Source of the DNA: Botryllus schlosseri | Lineage: Eukaryota | Assembly (NCBI GenBank): GCA_051294905.1 | Contig: CM119372.1 | Location: 39,000,001 to 39,064,000, forward strand | DNA length: 64,000 nucleotides | Direction of reading: 5' to 3' | In this document: piece by piece, positions 1-12,408 of the stretch | Position numbering within the stretch: position 1 is the first letter of the stretch | Layout of the letters: each line of letters begins with the position of its first letter | Made by a program: the position numbers and the translations under genes | The notes under the pieces: model-generated | Databases searched by the model: none | The model's input: only the letters and a program-made list of their open reading frames with translations | What the model was told of the DNA's origin: nothing

Positions 1-1416
1 TGAATGACAGCATTTTGAACATTTTCCTCCCTAAATTAGTAAATTTGCAAATTTCTTATTTGAAAATTAAGCCTGAAACGATAGGCTATGCAGACGGGCC
101 AATCTTCACTATTGATACCGTAATTCATCGCAAATAGCTTAGAATTTATAATAGCCTAACTGATTAATTGAATATAAGATGGTCGCATTGATTCTCAATA
201 TCTAAATACTGCTCGACTTCTCAATTCTCAAAGTATAAGGCGGAAACATATAACGTTGCGCCACACGCCGACATTTTATCTACTACAAAGCGGCTTACCA
301 ATCCAAAACGTGGATAGCTACGGCGTTGTTTGTAATTCGAGTTTGTAATTGTGAATGTCACTTCCAAGGCAGTTCATTTCGCGCCGTAGATCATGAAGAC
401 AGTGCGCATTTATTTGATAACTGCATCGTCATATGGGCATCGTCATGTCTGCTATTCTCTTTCGTCAATCAACGTATCGTGCAATTCAAAATTTCGAGTC
501 GGGTACATCAAATTCGCGAGTGATATTGGTCGCCGGGCGACAGTAACTTCAATTTAGGGATTTTGAAAAGGGGGTCCGAGCCCCTAACCCTGGAGACGGC
601 ATTGTCTTTACCTCTCGAAAGACATGTTTATAAGGTCACGAGAATAATTATTATGGTCGTGATGGAAATTTACTAAGGTGCAGCAACATTGATCAATTCA
701 GTTAAAAATTAAATATTTGGAAAAGAGCCATATCTTATACCCAAAAGAGCCATATATGGCTCGCGAGCCATAGGTTCCCGATCGCTGATGCATAACAAGC
801 TACGTCATTATCGGTATGAGAGCAATTGATACTTCTGGTACTTATAATGTGACCTGTGGTGGACCACTGGAAATACGAATAGACGCAAGTCCAAAGTAAA
901 GATAGATCTTATGAATAAGGGCGATATAGTTTTAAAGTTTAAAGTGGCAGTTTCTATATTGACTTTTAATAGACCCCTCAAAACTAATCCATGGATCAAA
1001 GGGGTAATGGACCACAGTTTAAGAGCCTGTGCTATATCAAATGACAATCGAGCGCTCTTTGGTACAGTGAATTCGTTTATACATGGCATCAAGTCGATAA
1101 ATATTGATATCGTGGCATTCATGCAATTCATGCAATATTTTTTGCTGTTTCTTTTATAATTATAGATCGTGTCAGTCATTATTCTGTGTATTTCGTGGAC
1201 GCAGAATACATACAAAAACTACGGAATTTGCCCATCAATGTACAAGCTATCAATGTTGTCAAGTTGTATATTTTGATAGTAACCTGAGGGATGTCATCCA
1301 CAATTAACTGATTAGTAAAATCAGAGGCATCATCGAAGTCATTTATATATATCAAAAACAAGAAAGTATCCAGTACGAATTTATGGTTTTTGACGTATTC
1401 AAGTAGGAACAAGTAG

Positions 1417-1717
1417 GGAGAGGTAGCGTAGTGGTGACGATAAGCGCCCACGAATCCGGCGGTGCCGGTTCGATTCCCGTCGGAGGTTCATCTGGGCTCC
1501 TCTTCCCCCGCCGTCGCCGTTCTTACGGCGACAAAAAAGCTGTTACGTCGGGCACTCTAGGCCGAGGTGGATGTCAGTCTAAAAGGATCGCAACTGCGTG
1601 TCGTTCGATATCCTCCTATCTGTTCATTATATCGCATTGTATCTTATCGCATTGTACATTGTGTGTGACTTGTTCAGATGAAAAATATAACCCAACGATT
1701 ATTGATTATTATTGATT
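1417..1717 (+). mobile_element. tRNA-derived SINE (family A-related)
   Basis: A box TAGCGTAGTGG and B box GGTTCGATTCC. GTCGGAGGTT..GGGCTCCTC core shared with the 4541 copy. (ATT/GATT)n tail. Flanked by ACAAGTAG/ACAATTAG (7/8 TSD). Confidence 0.75.
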
Positions 1718-2646
1718 ACAATTAGTTTATGCATGTCTCCTCTAATTTCATAGTGGTGTAATATGCCTCTATCGCCAGTGCCAAACGCCTTTTACCGATC
1801 GAAATAAATACCAATGATTATTAGTTTGTTTAACAAGCTCTGATATGTGTTTTCAGCACTATCGATGGCAGCATGCAGGATCGAGTGTTTTTCTTTATTG
1901 GAAATCTTACAGAATATTGGTAGGTATTGGTATATTGGTAGTTATTCCGTACACGTCGCTTATTATTACGCCATAGCGGTGCATAAGGTGGTTGTTTGTG
2001 ACAGTATCAACGATTGAGACTTTAAAGTTATTCTAGTTTGATCATTTATCATGTAGATTTTAGGCTATCACGTCAGAGTTTCAATATCTATATTGAAGTC
2101 TATACCAATAAGTGAAAGTTTGTATTGTTGAGCGAGATTCCTGAACAATTCTCCAGAGTACAAATAAGCGGAGCCAGGGGTTGGTGAGAGTGTCTATAGA
2201 TAGCACTCATAACAATGTACTATCTTTTTGTTACAGACGAATAGAGTCTCTATCCATAGTTCTTCACAACTTCTTAGATTCGATTAAATTCAACGATAAT
2301 TTGAAGTTGGATACTATTTATAATATAGAATCACGCACCCCCATGATGGGCGAGTTTACATTTATGAAAATGTGTTCCTCCAGGTATATTTCAAATAAAG
2401 GGGTGGAAGCTATTCGAGTTTCACTGAGGGCAATTATATCAGTTGATTAAGATCAGAAATCATGGAGGAAAGAATGTCTTTGTTCCGAAGGAGGGATATC
2501 ATGTTAGCATGTAATATCAACATATAAGGACTATCGTCAAAAAGGCCATTGAAATTGTGTATGCTATAATAGCTATAGTAATAGTATAGGTAGGCTCATT
2601 CTTGATGGCATCGTGGTTTTGTGATATAGTCAGCATGTCTATCAGA

Positions 2647-3312
2647 TCATCTCATGATCTCAGTATCGGTTTTAGTGTAGTACAAGGGGATGTCGTACCT
2701 TGACAAATCCTCTTCATCTCTGATTTTCGTAACTTCACTTTTATCGTCCTTTGTCAAGTGGGTTACTCCTTTTTCTGTCCATATGTATTTAAACTTTTTT
2801 GCATCTTTCAATTCCTGACAAGCAATGTATGTTTTAAGGTTAATAAACGTACAGCACTCATAGATATATATTCCTTCACGCATCAGCTTTGAGCTGTTGT
2901 TGTAGATCATGTCTCGGACTCTACTTGAGCAAAATCTGATTAAAATCGGATCTGGAAACAATGCAGCTGGCACTCCAAGTCTGTAACAATCGCTTATGTC
3001 TTGCTTGAAGATGTTCACACCCAATCTCCTTGCTACTGAAATTACGAAATCTTCAGTATATTCTGTCTGATCGTAGTGTAATACCATTAATTCTCTACAG
3101 TTTCTTTTTCCGTATTGGTCCAGCTCATTTATTGCACTATTGGCTTTATCTTTATTGGATGCTTGAAGTTCGAACACAATTTGCCGCAGGTCGTTGTTTT
3201 CAGATTTCACTCTCGATAGTTCCTTGCCGGTGGTGTCAAGTTTATCTTTGATTTCTTCATACTTGTCAGTGAGGAATACGGCTATCTTTTTAGGTTCTTT
3301 GACTTCATTCAT
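2647..3312 (-). CDS. LINE ORF1p-like protein (coiled coil + RRM/CTD), probably decayed
   Basis: Coiled coil followed by NELDQYGKRN, DISDCYRLG, PILIRF, IYIYE and KFKYIWT..G, the motif series typical of invertebrate LINE ORF1. Confidence 0.7.
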   Translation of the reverse strand: MNEVKEPKKIAVFLTDKYEEIKDKLDTTGKELSRVKSENNDLRQIVFELQASNKDKANSAINELDQYGKRNCRELMVLHYDQTEYTEDFVISVARRLGVNIFKQDISDCYRLGVPAALFPDPILIRFCSSRVRDMIYNNSSKLMREGIYIYECCTFINLKTYIACQELKDAKKFKYIWTEKGVTHLTKDDKSEVTKIRDEEDLSRYDIPLYYTKTDTEIMR

Positions 3313-4540
3313 AATCTGTCGATAACTGCTTATCGGACTAGGCTAGCGTTAGGCCTATCATATTTTGGAATCGGGAAAGGAGGATACTGTTACCAAATCA
3401 TAAAATTCAGTGGTTCCACACTTAAACCAGACGATTTTGCAATATTTAGGCTACTGGAAATTGTGTTAAGTGGACTAAAACAAAAAATCATCGTTTTCCC
3501 TCGACTCCCGATTTACCCGGTTTTAGTTGAATTTTGTGGTGTTGACGAAAAAAAGGTCATTACTTTCATACAACGTCCGTATTACCTATTTCACGTCATT
3601 TATGCCGATTTTCAGTTGAACCTGTGCATTAACCAAGCTGTAAAAGCTGTAAAGGTGGACATTTAGGCGTCCTCAGAAGACATTTTCAAAAACCTGAAAA
3701 AGGAAGACAAATCCTGCTAAAGAAGGACGTATGGTAAGTGGCAACTGTCGAACCGAAGACGATTTCAATGGTTCGGATCATTCCATATCCTATACGTCGA
3801 CTATATCGGGTACAAAAAAAACATGTTTTAAACAAATTGTTTTGAAAAAGCATTTGTTTTAAATGCAAATCTGTCTATAGGCTTTCCTATCCTGTCTCCA
3901 TAAGCTACCAAAGTCTGTAATATGGATCTTCATGGACAACATTACTGACCCGTAGTGGTCGACCCTTACAATGTCCACAAGGCGCTACGAAATAGTCATG
4001 GCTCAGAAATGAGAAACTATTTTAGATGACTGGCAACTGCCAACACGTTGACGCAATAAAGATACATATTTGGAAATTTAAAATCATTTATTTTTGTTAT
4101 GGCGTAGTAGTATGTGGTACTCGAATACACGGATAGCCTCGATGCTTGATACTGAATCGCAGTCAAATCACCCAGGCAAGCGATTCTGATTCGAGTATTA
4201 GGCTTATGTCGGGTAGAGCAGTGCCTTTAAACACGTGGGATGGTACGGATGAAAATTAATTGCAGTGCAGATGACAAACGAGGTATGGATGAGTGCGGAT
4301 GAACATTGTGCATATTCCTTACTTTTCTGACGTGGAAAAATTCAAATAAACCCTATGGACAGTGGATCCCTAACGTTTGTCGTTACGACGCATTTGTAAA
4401 AACATGTTTCACTTACGACGCAGACTAATCGTAGCTGTTACAATAAATCTTTTTCTCGCACCAGCTAGTGCTAGAGTAAATTAATATTTCCGCACTATTA
4501 ATATTACGTAATCATGAAGTCTCCTTTGGAAGCGGGGGTG

Positions 4541-4864
4541 GGGAAGCGAGTGGCGCAGTTGGTTAAGCATCAGCGTCACGACACCGATGGCAGTGATTCG
4601 AATCCCGGTTAGGACTAACTTCTATGTGTCGGAGGTTATATGGGCTCCTCATCGCCTACCTCACTGCAATATCAGTGACTTAAATAGCACAACTACAGTG
4701 AACCGAGCTATCATTCAGCAGCAACCGAACCGATGAAGCGTGCCTGAGAGAGTGCACAAAAAATGACAAAGACTTGAAGAAATGAATTGAAGCGTTGAAT
4801 TATCATGGCGGGAAGCACAAAGCCTAAAACGGGCTAAAAGCACCACTGTTGTAATAATAATAAT
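4541..4864 (+). mobile_element. tRNA-derived SINE, family A, full length
   Basis: A box TGGCGCAGTTGG, B box GATTCGAATCCC, (TAA)n tail, approximate TSD GGAAGCGGGGGT/GAAAGCGTGGGT. A second copy is split between 10050-10212 and 16178-16290. Confidence 0.8.
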
Positions 4865-7489
4865 GAAAGCGTGGGTATTGGCAGGCCAGGCATCAGCACG
4901 TCTGAGTCTACGACACGCGGAAAATTGACTTTCTGCTTTCTTTCTTTCTTTCGATAATCATCATATTTTCGTAATAACAATTCGAATAGCCACGAGGCAT
5001 AATGATACCATCATTACAGACTCTCATTTGCAACAAGTAACTGTAATACAAATTTTGCTTCCTTCAAGGCATGGGTTCTTAAAGTATGGGTCACGACGCA
5101 AACATGACATGGCATGCGAATGGTATAATTGTGGGTCGCGATGGCACCAGAGCGATATTTTAATATGTATGCAATATTTGTTCAATTTCTTTCAACAAAA
5201 AATCCTTGCACCTCGCGCGATTTCCTGTGAAAAGTTTTTACATATCCGAGTTCATTGTGTTGAGTATACCATAGTCAAGAAGCTATAGACGTGGAAAAAT
5301 CGTTTCTATACAATATGGCTTGATCATAAAAATGTGCAGACCTTTGTATAACACAAGCTGGTTTGAATTAATGATAAGGACTTACAGACATTGATTTCAC
5401 TGGAAAACACCGTTGGTGACCGTTGGGATGCTTTGGAGTAGAATTGTGCATCTAGCGAGTGACCGATTTCGGACACAGTTATTTCGAGGACAACCCGGGA
5501 CACTTGAAGACAAGAAATTGTGGCCAACATACGCCTGGGTAAAAGGGCGGTGGCAAAAAGAAAGGCGGCGATGAAACCTTGGCCAAAATGACCGTCGCTG
5601 GTTGCCTAAAACTTTCGTTATTGATATGACCGGTCGTAGACATGGTCGGCAACGAATGGTCCCGTCCTTTTATTATAATCTAAGTCGACAGTAGTACAAA
5701 TGCCACCTGCAGAGGAAAATAATGGAGCTAAATTTGAAATCGCGTGTTTCAAAAAGCTGCGTCCACCGGGTGAAGTAATCGAGTATCATTCGTTATGACG
5801 TCATAACATTTAATTTCTCTGTAAAGCTGCAACGGGCGCGGGTAATCGGCAGGCATGGTAGAGTGTGGCAACGAGAGTTGGTACTCGGTGTGCTGAGGTT
5901 AAACCACCGATATCACAGTAGCGTTTTCCAAATAACTGGTCATCATGTACTGTCGTAACGGGTTAAATTATGAAGAACACCAAAAGACCTATAGAAACCT
6001 TGTTCGCATGATAACGACACACATTGTTTTTCAACGTTGAATGCTCGGTTTTGTAAAATAAACCGAATATTTCGCTGATCCGGGGGTTCGTGAGTCTGGA
6101 TACCATTGATTCGCGCAATACATTAGAGTTCTACATTAAAATACTAAAGGAGAAATTTTAGTGACAGGAACCACACTGTATCGGCTACATTTTTTGTAAT
6201 GAATAATGTTTCACAGATCTGTGTAGCGTGCAACTATGGTTAGATGCACTTTTTTCTTGTCCGATATGCACGTAAAATCGTAGCATACAAACATTACAAA
6301 TGAACTTTTGTCGACGTGTTGGGCTTGGATCGCGAGATATCAGGACTCACAGGTATTGGTCTACTCTCACACATTCAATATTTTAGCATCAAAAAATTGT
6401 AATAAGTACCGGTCGAAGGAATCCCTTTATCGCGGTAACTGAGAATATTTTCGAAAATTGTACCTATTTGTAGGTTCATTCATGATTTTGCTTCTGCGCC
6501 TCTGATATTTCGAAGGAAGTCACCTTCGATTGACTGCTAAAACAATGTGACCCCTCGATCATGTCTACGCTGCGAATTTACTCACTTGAATACTTTTTAA
6601 GTTTTGTATTTCCTATACGTTTACATGTTCGTAGTGACAAGCCTTGGAAATCACTACTGCTAATTGAGGATTTTTAAATATTTTCCTTCCACTTGAGCCC
6701 AACACTGGCTCTTCAGACTACTTCTTGATTTTTAGGGCATATGGGACACGCTCCAATATTTTCACAATGATTTGCCAATAAAACCACCGTGTAAAATGCA
6801 CTCTCCAGTAAACGCATGCATACGAGTAGACTATATCAAATACTGGCTGAATATCGCAGGATATAGATCTTTTATTTTCGTGGCGGAAAGTTCACGTTTT
6901 GCGGATCATGACTTCGCCCGATGGCACAATCAAATTCGCATTTTTATACATTCTTCTGCATATAGCGATGTTTCATCACTCATCTGAATAATATTGCCGA
7001 TCAACTCGGGCCTGTCTTTGCAATTTTTGCAATTTGCAGTTTTCCACACGCAATGGCTGAAATTGTTATCTTGAAAGTGATCATTTTTATGATCAATTTT
7101 ATGACGTCAACAGTGTCACGTACCTGGATGATTCAAATCCGAGAGGAATCGCGTATGCGAGTATCACCAACATGTAACATGCGACTCCAAGAAATGTGCA
7201 AGAACGATCGGCAGCGACAAAACCTTGGCCGAAAAGGACTGCCCTTATGCTGACCGAAAACTTCGTTATATATACAAAATACATATATGTGTAATTGTCC
7301 ATAGGCGCGTATGACTGGCGCCGAATGTTACTGTGTTGGCCATCTGAACCTCACGAGACAAATTACAATCCTGCAGGGGAAAAAATATACGTCAGTGAAG
7401 AAATACCAATTTGAAATCGTGTGCGTCTTTTAGTTTAGTAGTCTGCGTTTGGACGATTCTATATTTTTTGATATAGCAGACAGGAGGTC

Positions 7490-7828
7490 ACGAAATGACA
7501 TCATGTTACGGAGTCATCTCAACGGGCCCTACAGTTTCCAAGACACCTCACTCAGCTCTACCTGTAAATCTGATTACGTGAGCAGAGAGAGGATAAAAAT
7601 TGATAGAAATATACAATCCCGATCATATTGACCGATTCAATCATGAATGATAAAAAAAATTCCCGCTTCGCGTGTTTAGGTTAAAGAAGCTGACTAAGTG
7701 GGCCCCAATGTAGATGATAAGCAGCGGTCAACAGCGTATAGCCTCGGGGGATTTCGGTTTATCATCATGTGGGGGGCCCAAGACCAACGTTTTTTTGGGG
7801 GGCTGACGAAGTGCTGTTACGGCCCTGC
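7490..7828. repeat. Dispersed repeat/MITE fragment (copy at ~35375-35718)
   Basis: Shared CCTCACTCAGCTCTACC..AAATCTGATTAC and GGGGGCCCAAGACCAACGTTTTTTTGGGGG..GAAGTGCTGTTACGG.CCTG. Confidence 0.7.
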
Positions 7829-8286
7829 TCAAAGCTAAGCAAGGCAAATTAAATATAATTGGTAAGGCGTCAGCGATAAGGAGGATACCGATAAGGTGTG
7901 TAAAATTAAAATAACTGCAAAAGGAAAGAAGCTCCTGATAACTACGAATTATAAAATTTTGGTTCGCATTCACATTTTAACTTGCTCAAAAACTGTTAGA
8001 TTGCATTTAATAAACATTAGGGTGCGGATGTGCGGGTGCGGCCCCAGTAAATTTGGCAAAGATTGGAGGTAAGATTGGGATAACATCTCTACAAATGCGT
8101 GATCAAGTTTGATGAAGCCTTGGTTGAAAACTTGAATTTATTTTTGCAATTATTGCAGCAAGCCTCAGTACTGGTCAAAGACTTAAAAAAAACTCTGACC
8201 GTGATATAGGAAATGGTTCAGTACAGGTTTCAGAATAGTTTATTTGCTGTTCATCCATTTTTGGAATATTAAGATTTAGTTTAGCC

Positions 8287-8602
8287 CACTGATTCTCAAA
8301 CTTTTTAGACACGCCTCCCATTATGACAATGAAATATTTCGTGTCCCCCTTAATGGTCATATCACACAATGAAACCAGAATGTTAACAATCCTTGCAGAT
8401 AGTTTGATGGTATGACAGGTTATGACTGTTGATGAGAGAATTCACCAATATGAAATTCGGACCATACACAGATCAATAACTATGAAATGGAGGTAAATTG
8501 CGCCAAGCGCGGTTATTTTTTCAGTTTACCGGATCTTCGCGCCCACCTTCAGATGCTTTCACGCCTCCCAAGGGGGCACGCTCCCCAGTTTGAGAACCAC
8601 TG
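8287..8602. mobile_element. hAT-type MITE
   Basis: Ends CACTGATTCTCAA / TTGAGAACCACTG. TSD GTTTAGCC/GTTTAGCT. Inverted relative of 52888-53213. Confidence 0.75.
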
Positions 8603-8785
8603 GTTTAGCTTACATCAATGGTTCAACCTTTTTCGACTCATCGCCCCCTTGTCAATCTCGATGCAAATTTTCTCCCCGATATTTACGAATCTGAAAAAAG
8701 AGGACACATCAACGGAAGATTTATTCACCTAACTCAGATCGACGGTGAATTTACTGAAAAAGGCCATTTTTCCGAGGAGGTAGGT

Positions 8786-9512
8786 CAGTGGTTCTAATTT
8801 TTTTTTGCTTGTGGCACACTAGAAAAATAATAAAACACTCGCGGCACACTTACTAAAAATGTGATTTTCGAGAAAAAATTTACGTGGTAATGCGATGAAT
8901 ATGCTCATGTATATGAGCATAATGCGACTGAAACTAAGCTACATTGGATTGTTGACGACGTACCCGTATTTCGTCGTCAATTTCAAGCAGTCTCTCTCGA
9001 GCACAGCTTTCAATAATATTCAAAACGAAGAAGCTATGTTCACATACTCACCGTGATACAAATGGCAATACAACTCGGATCGCTTTTGTGCCTATCATGA
9101 TATAGGTCAGGATTTGAAATGAGACAACCATTTTTGTGAAAAAAACGTTTCAAAAAACGGGATGTTTCTTTTATGTGAATGGGACAACAAATCGTGAGAC
9201 GAAATATTGCAATGCAAGCTGAAGTCCAGGAAGTGTGCTCAGGTTTTTGGAGTATTTTTTATGTTGAAGAGATGCTTCACAAGGAGCGTGAGCGTGTCTC
9301 GTTATATAACGAGACAATTAACCTGACCCTACTCATCATCAATGTCATGATTGGTTCCATTGTAATGTCCACATGTGTTTGTTTATCAGATATGAAGTGG
9401 TTAGAGTGCCTTTTCCGCATGTGCTTGCCTGCGTGCCTTGATTTGAACAAATTACAAAAATATTCGCGGCACGCCTGAGAATCTGTAGCGGCACACAGTT
9501 TGGGAATCACTA
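8786..9512. mobile_element. hAT-type MITE (GCGGCACAC family; copy at ~47479-48268)
   Basis: CAGTGGTTCT...GCGGCACACAGTTTGGGAATCACT. Internal similarity to the 47479 copy. Nested in another repeat (8615-9735). Confidence 0.65.
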
Positions 9513-10049
9513 TGGTAGGTACTCGGAAAACCGGTTTCCGTGTCTACTTTCCGTTGAGTTGACCTCTTTTTCGGGCTATATGCAGAGTAAGCCGTCTTCA
9601 TGTGCGTTTTTTTGGCCGTGTACCGTGTTAATTACATATATCCCACTGGACGTTTTAAGATTTTCGCCCCCAGTCGCCTCTTTTGGCATTTTCGCCCCCT
9701 TATTTCTCAAAATCGCCCACGTTGGGTACCACTGGCCTACATTGTAATTCACCAAGTTTTCTGTCGCTAATGAGGTATGGGAAACAGTTTAGCATGGCCT
9801 AATTATCTAGTTAACGAGGCACGCGTAGAACGTCGACGTAAATAGGCTGATTATTTTATGTTGTGATTGTCAGGTTTCAGTGACAATGTAATTGAAATTG
9901 TAATTAGGCAAAATTTTTATCACATTACAATTACAATTACAATTACAAAAAATAGAAATGCTTCAATAACAATTACAATTACGATTACATGAAAAAAATG
10001 TAATTACATACATTCAGCTCAATTACAAATTACAATTGATTCAACTCTG

Positions 10050-10212
10050 CTCGACACCAATGGCAGTGATTCGAATCCCGGTTCTGACTAACTTCTATTT
10101 GTCGGAGGTTATACGGGCTCCGCATCGCCGACCTCACTGCACTTGCAGTGATTTAAAAAGCCCTGAAATTAAAGTGCGATGACTGAGCAAATGAACTGAC
10201 GATAGAGACTGC
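10050..10212 (+). mobile_element. SINE family A, 5' part (split by the foldback element)
   Basis: Matches 4578-4700, including the B box GATTCGAATCCCGG. Continues at 16178. Confidence 0.8.
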
Positions 10213-10221
10213 GGTTCTATA

Positions 10222-10950
10222 CCAATACCGAGAAAACCATTACCGAGAACGCTATTACCGAGAATGGACATTACAGAGAATGGACACCACAGAGAATGGA
10301 CATTACCGAGAATTGACACCACAGAGAATTGACATTACCGAGAATTGACACCACAGAGAATGGACATTACCGAGAGTTGACACCACCGAGAATGAACATT
10401 ACCGAGAATTGACACCACAGAGAATGAACATTACCGAGAATTGACACCACAGAGAATGGACAGAACCGAGAATTGACACCACAGAGAATTGACATTACCG
10501 AGAATGGACACAACAGAGAATGGACATTACCGAGAATAGACACCACAGAGAATGGACATCACCGAGAATGGACACAACAGAGAATGGACATTACCGAGAA
10601 TGGACACCACCGAGAATGAACATTACCGAGAATTGACACCACAGAGAATGAACATTACCGAGAATTGACACCACAGAGAATGGACAGAACCGAGAATTGA
10701 CACCACAGAGAATTGACATTACCGAGAATGGACACAACAGAGAATGGACATTACCGAGAATAGACACCACAGAGAATGGACATCACCGAGAATGGACACA
10801 ACAGAGAATGGACATTACCGAGAATTGACGCAACAGAGAATGGACATTACCGAGAATGGACACCACCGAGAATGGTCATTACCGAGAATATGGACAATAC
10901 CGAGAATGGACATTACCGAGAATGGACATTACCGAGAATTGCCAATGTCG
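10222..10950 (+). repeat. Left foldback arm: 16-bp minisatellite (alternating GACATTACCGAGAATT / GACACCACAGAGAATG)
   Basis: Tandem array seen directly. Confidence 0.95.
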
Positions 10951-12408
10951 AGAATCTATCTTACTGAGACGGACCAGACACGGACGTTGTCGGGAAAATT
11001 ATACCTGCGAATTGACACCGAATGTGGCAACGCCGTGATGCACATACACGCGATCTGTACCAACATATGCATGACATGCCTGCATGAGTGCATGCATAAA
11101 TTGTACACGTGAACTTATAGTCCTGAAGCATGTGATCATCAATCAATGGGGTTGGTTTTAAAGCGGTTTTACAATATCAGCTGATTGTCTACAACGTTTC
11201 CGATTCGTGTACCGTGACATACGAATTAGCTTACTCCGCTTCACTGATACGGAAATCTGTAGCATCCAATTGTCATGCATATCTCAAAAGAGTATAATAT
11301 GGTTGAAATCGAGAAGTCATCAACTCTCACAGATATCGCAAAGGGAGTAACAAATATGCTGGCAAATCATGGTCTACATTTTTCATTTGCGGCATGGGCC
11401 TACTAATTTTCAGTAGACGGTTAGTCATTATATAGATTGGTCAACATATATGTTTAGGCTGACGCGATAATTCATATGTTTAGGCTGACGCGATAATTCT
11501 GGAATAGAGGGTATCAAGTAGACAAGAATTAATATTGGTAGCAGATGATTACTATGGAGAAAGTGCGTATTTAATCAGTAGTGACCGTCACGAAAATCTG
11601 GCTCACGAATTATTGTAAGAGAACGTGTCTTGTGGTGATTCTGGGCGCAAACACAATTTAATGTAGGGCGTAGATAATAAAGTTGGGTTGATTAAAAATT
11701 CAATTATCGCGTTCATCAGGATTGAACAACACAAGATAAAGGAACTTCGTTGATCGCTGCGTATACAATTGACAGAGGTGCATTTTTCATCTAAAGCAGT
11801 TAGCAAACCTAGACAAACTGTACACTGCGTAATATTCCTACGCAGAAATATATTCGATTATGACTGTGACGATTGTGATTCCTAGGATATGGCTTCGCTC
11901 AACAATCGGACAATCAACGAATTATGCACTTACCTTTGTAATGCAATATATCATATCTATATTCAATGATACGTTGCGTCGCTGTACCGTACTAATTGGA
12001 CCCGAATTTCATTTCGCGATGATGATAATTCTACCTGTTACAATCGCAGAATATTTTATCAGTAGGCTGCCGTTTTACTCAGCAACCTGACAACTGACAG
12101 CCAACCATTACGCTATCTTGCGGATAGTCACGCTATATTTCCTTGTCGCTCCTTTCCTACTGTTTTAAAACTTCTACGGCTAGCACAAATAAGAGACTGA
12201 GAAGTTCTGAATTTACTGTAAGCCCAGAAACTCTAGTTCCAACATTATAAGCAATCATGTTCCAGGTTATTTGCATTTTATTACTTGTCTGTGGCATGCT
12301 GGAATGAAACGTCCAGAAGATAAATAGGTACAGCGGTGATCACCAACACAGACTAGGCGTTTCTTCATCAGAAAGGATGCTAAATATGTGGTGATCGCTA
12401 TCATCTAT

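Larger units (their letters stand above)
800..3320 (-). mobile_element. Degenerate non-LTR retrotransposon (CR1/L2-like LINE): ORF1 plus APE endonuclease and RT remnants
   Basis: ORF1-like ORF at 2647-3312. Minus-strand TDIIALSETRI (APE motif) at ~2410-2443. FLFLIYINDF (RT motif) at ~1335-1365. FDIAQA (resembling DxxKAFD) at ~1025-1045. Many stops; interrupted by a SINE at 1417-1717. The RT motifs are out of canonical order. Confidence 0.65.
7855..10049 (+). mobile_element. (CAATTA)n-rich non-autonomous DNA transposon (internal part and right end) carrying nested MITEs
   Basis: 7855-8175 matches 26385-26700. The right end AATTGATTCAACTCTG (10049) is the inverse of the left end CAGAGTTGGATCAATT at 25912 (related copy at 51762). 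Confidence 0.6.

Noticed and set aside
1417..1490. tRNA genes at 1417, 4541 and 18576
   Set aside because: A/B boxes are present but there is no clean cloverleaf; each continues into a repeated body with a simple-repeat tail, so they are SINE heads.
1513..1538. Hairpin GTCGCCGT-TCTT-ACGGCGAC as an intrinsic terminator
   Set aside because: Followed by an A-run rather than a T-run, lies inside a SINE, and the DNA is eukaryotic.
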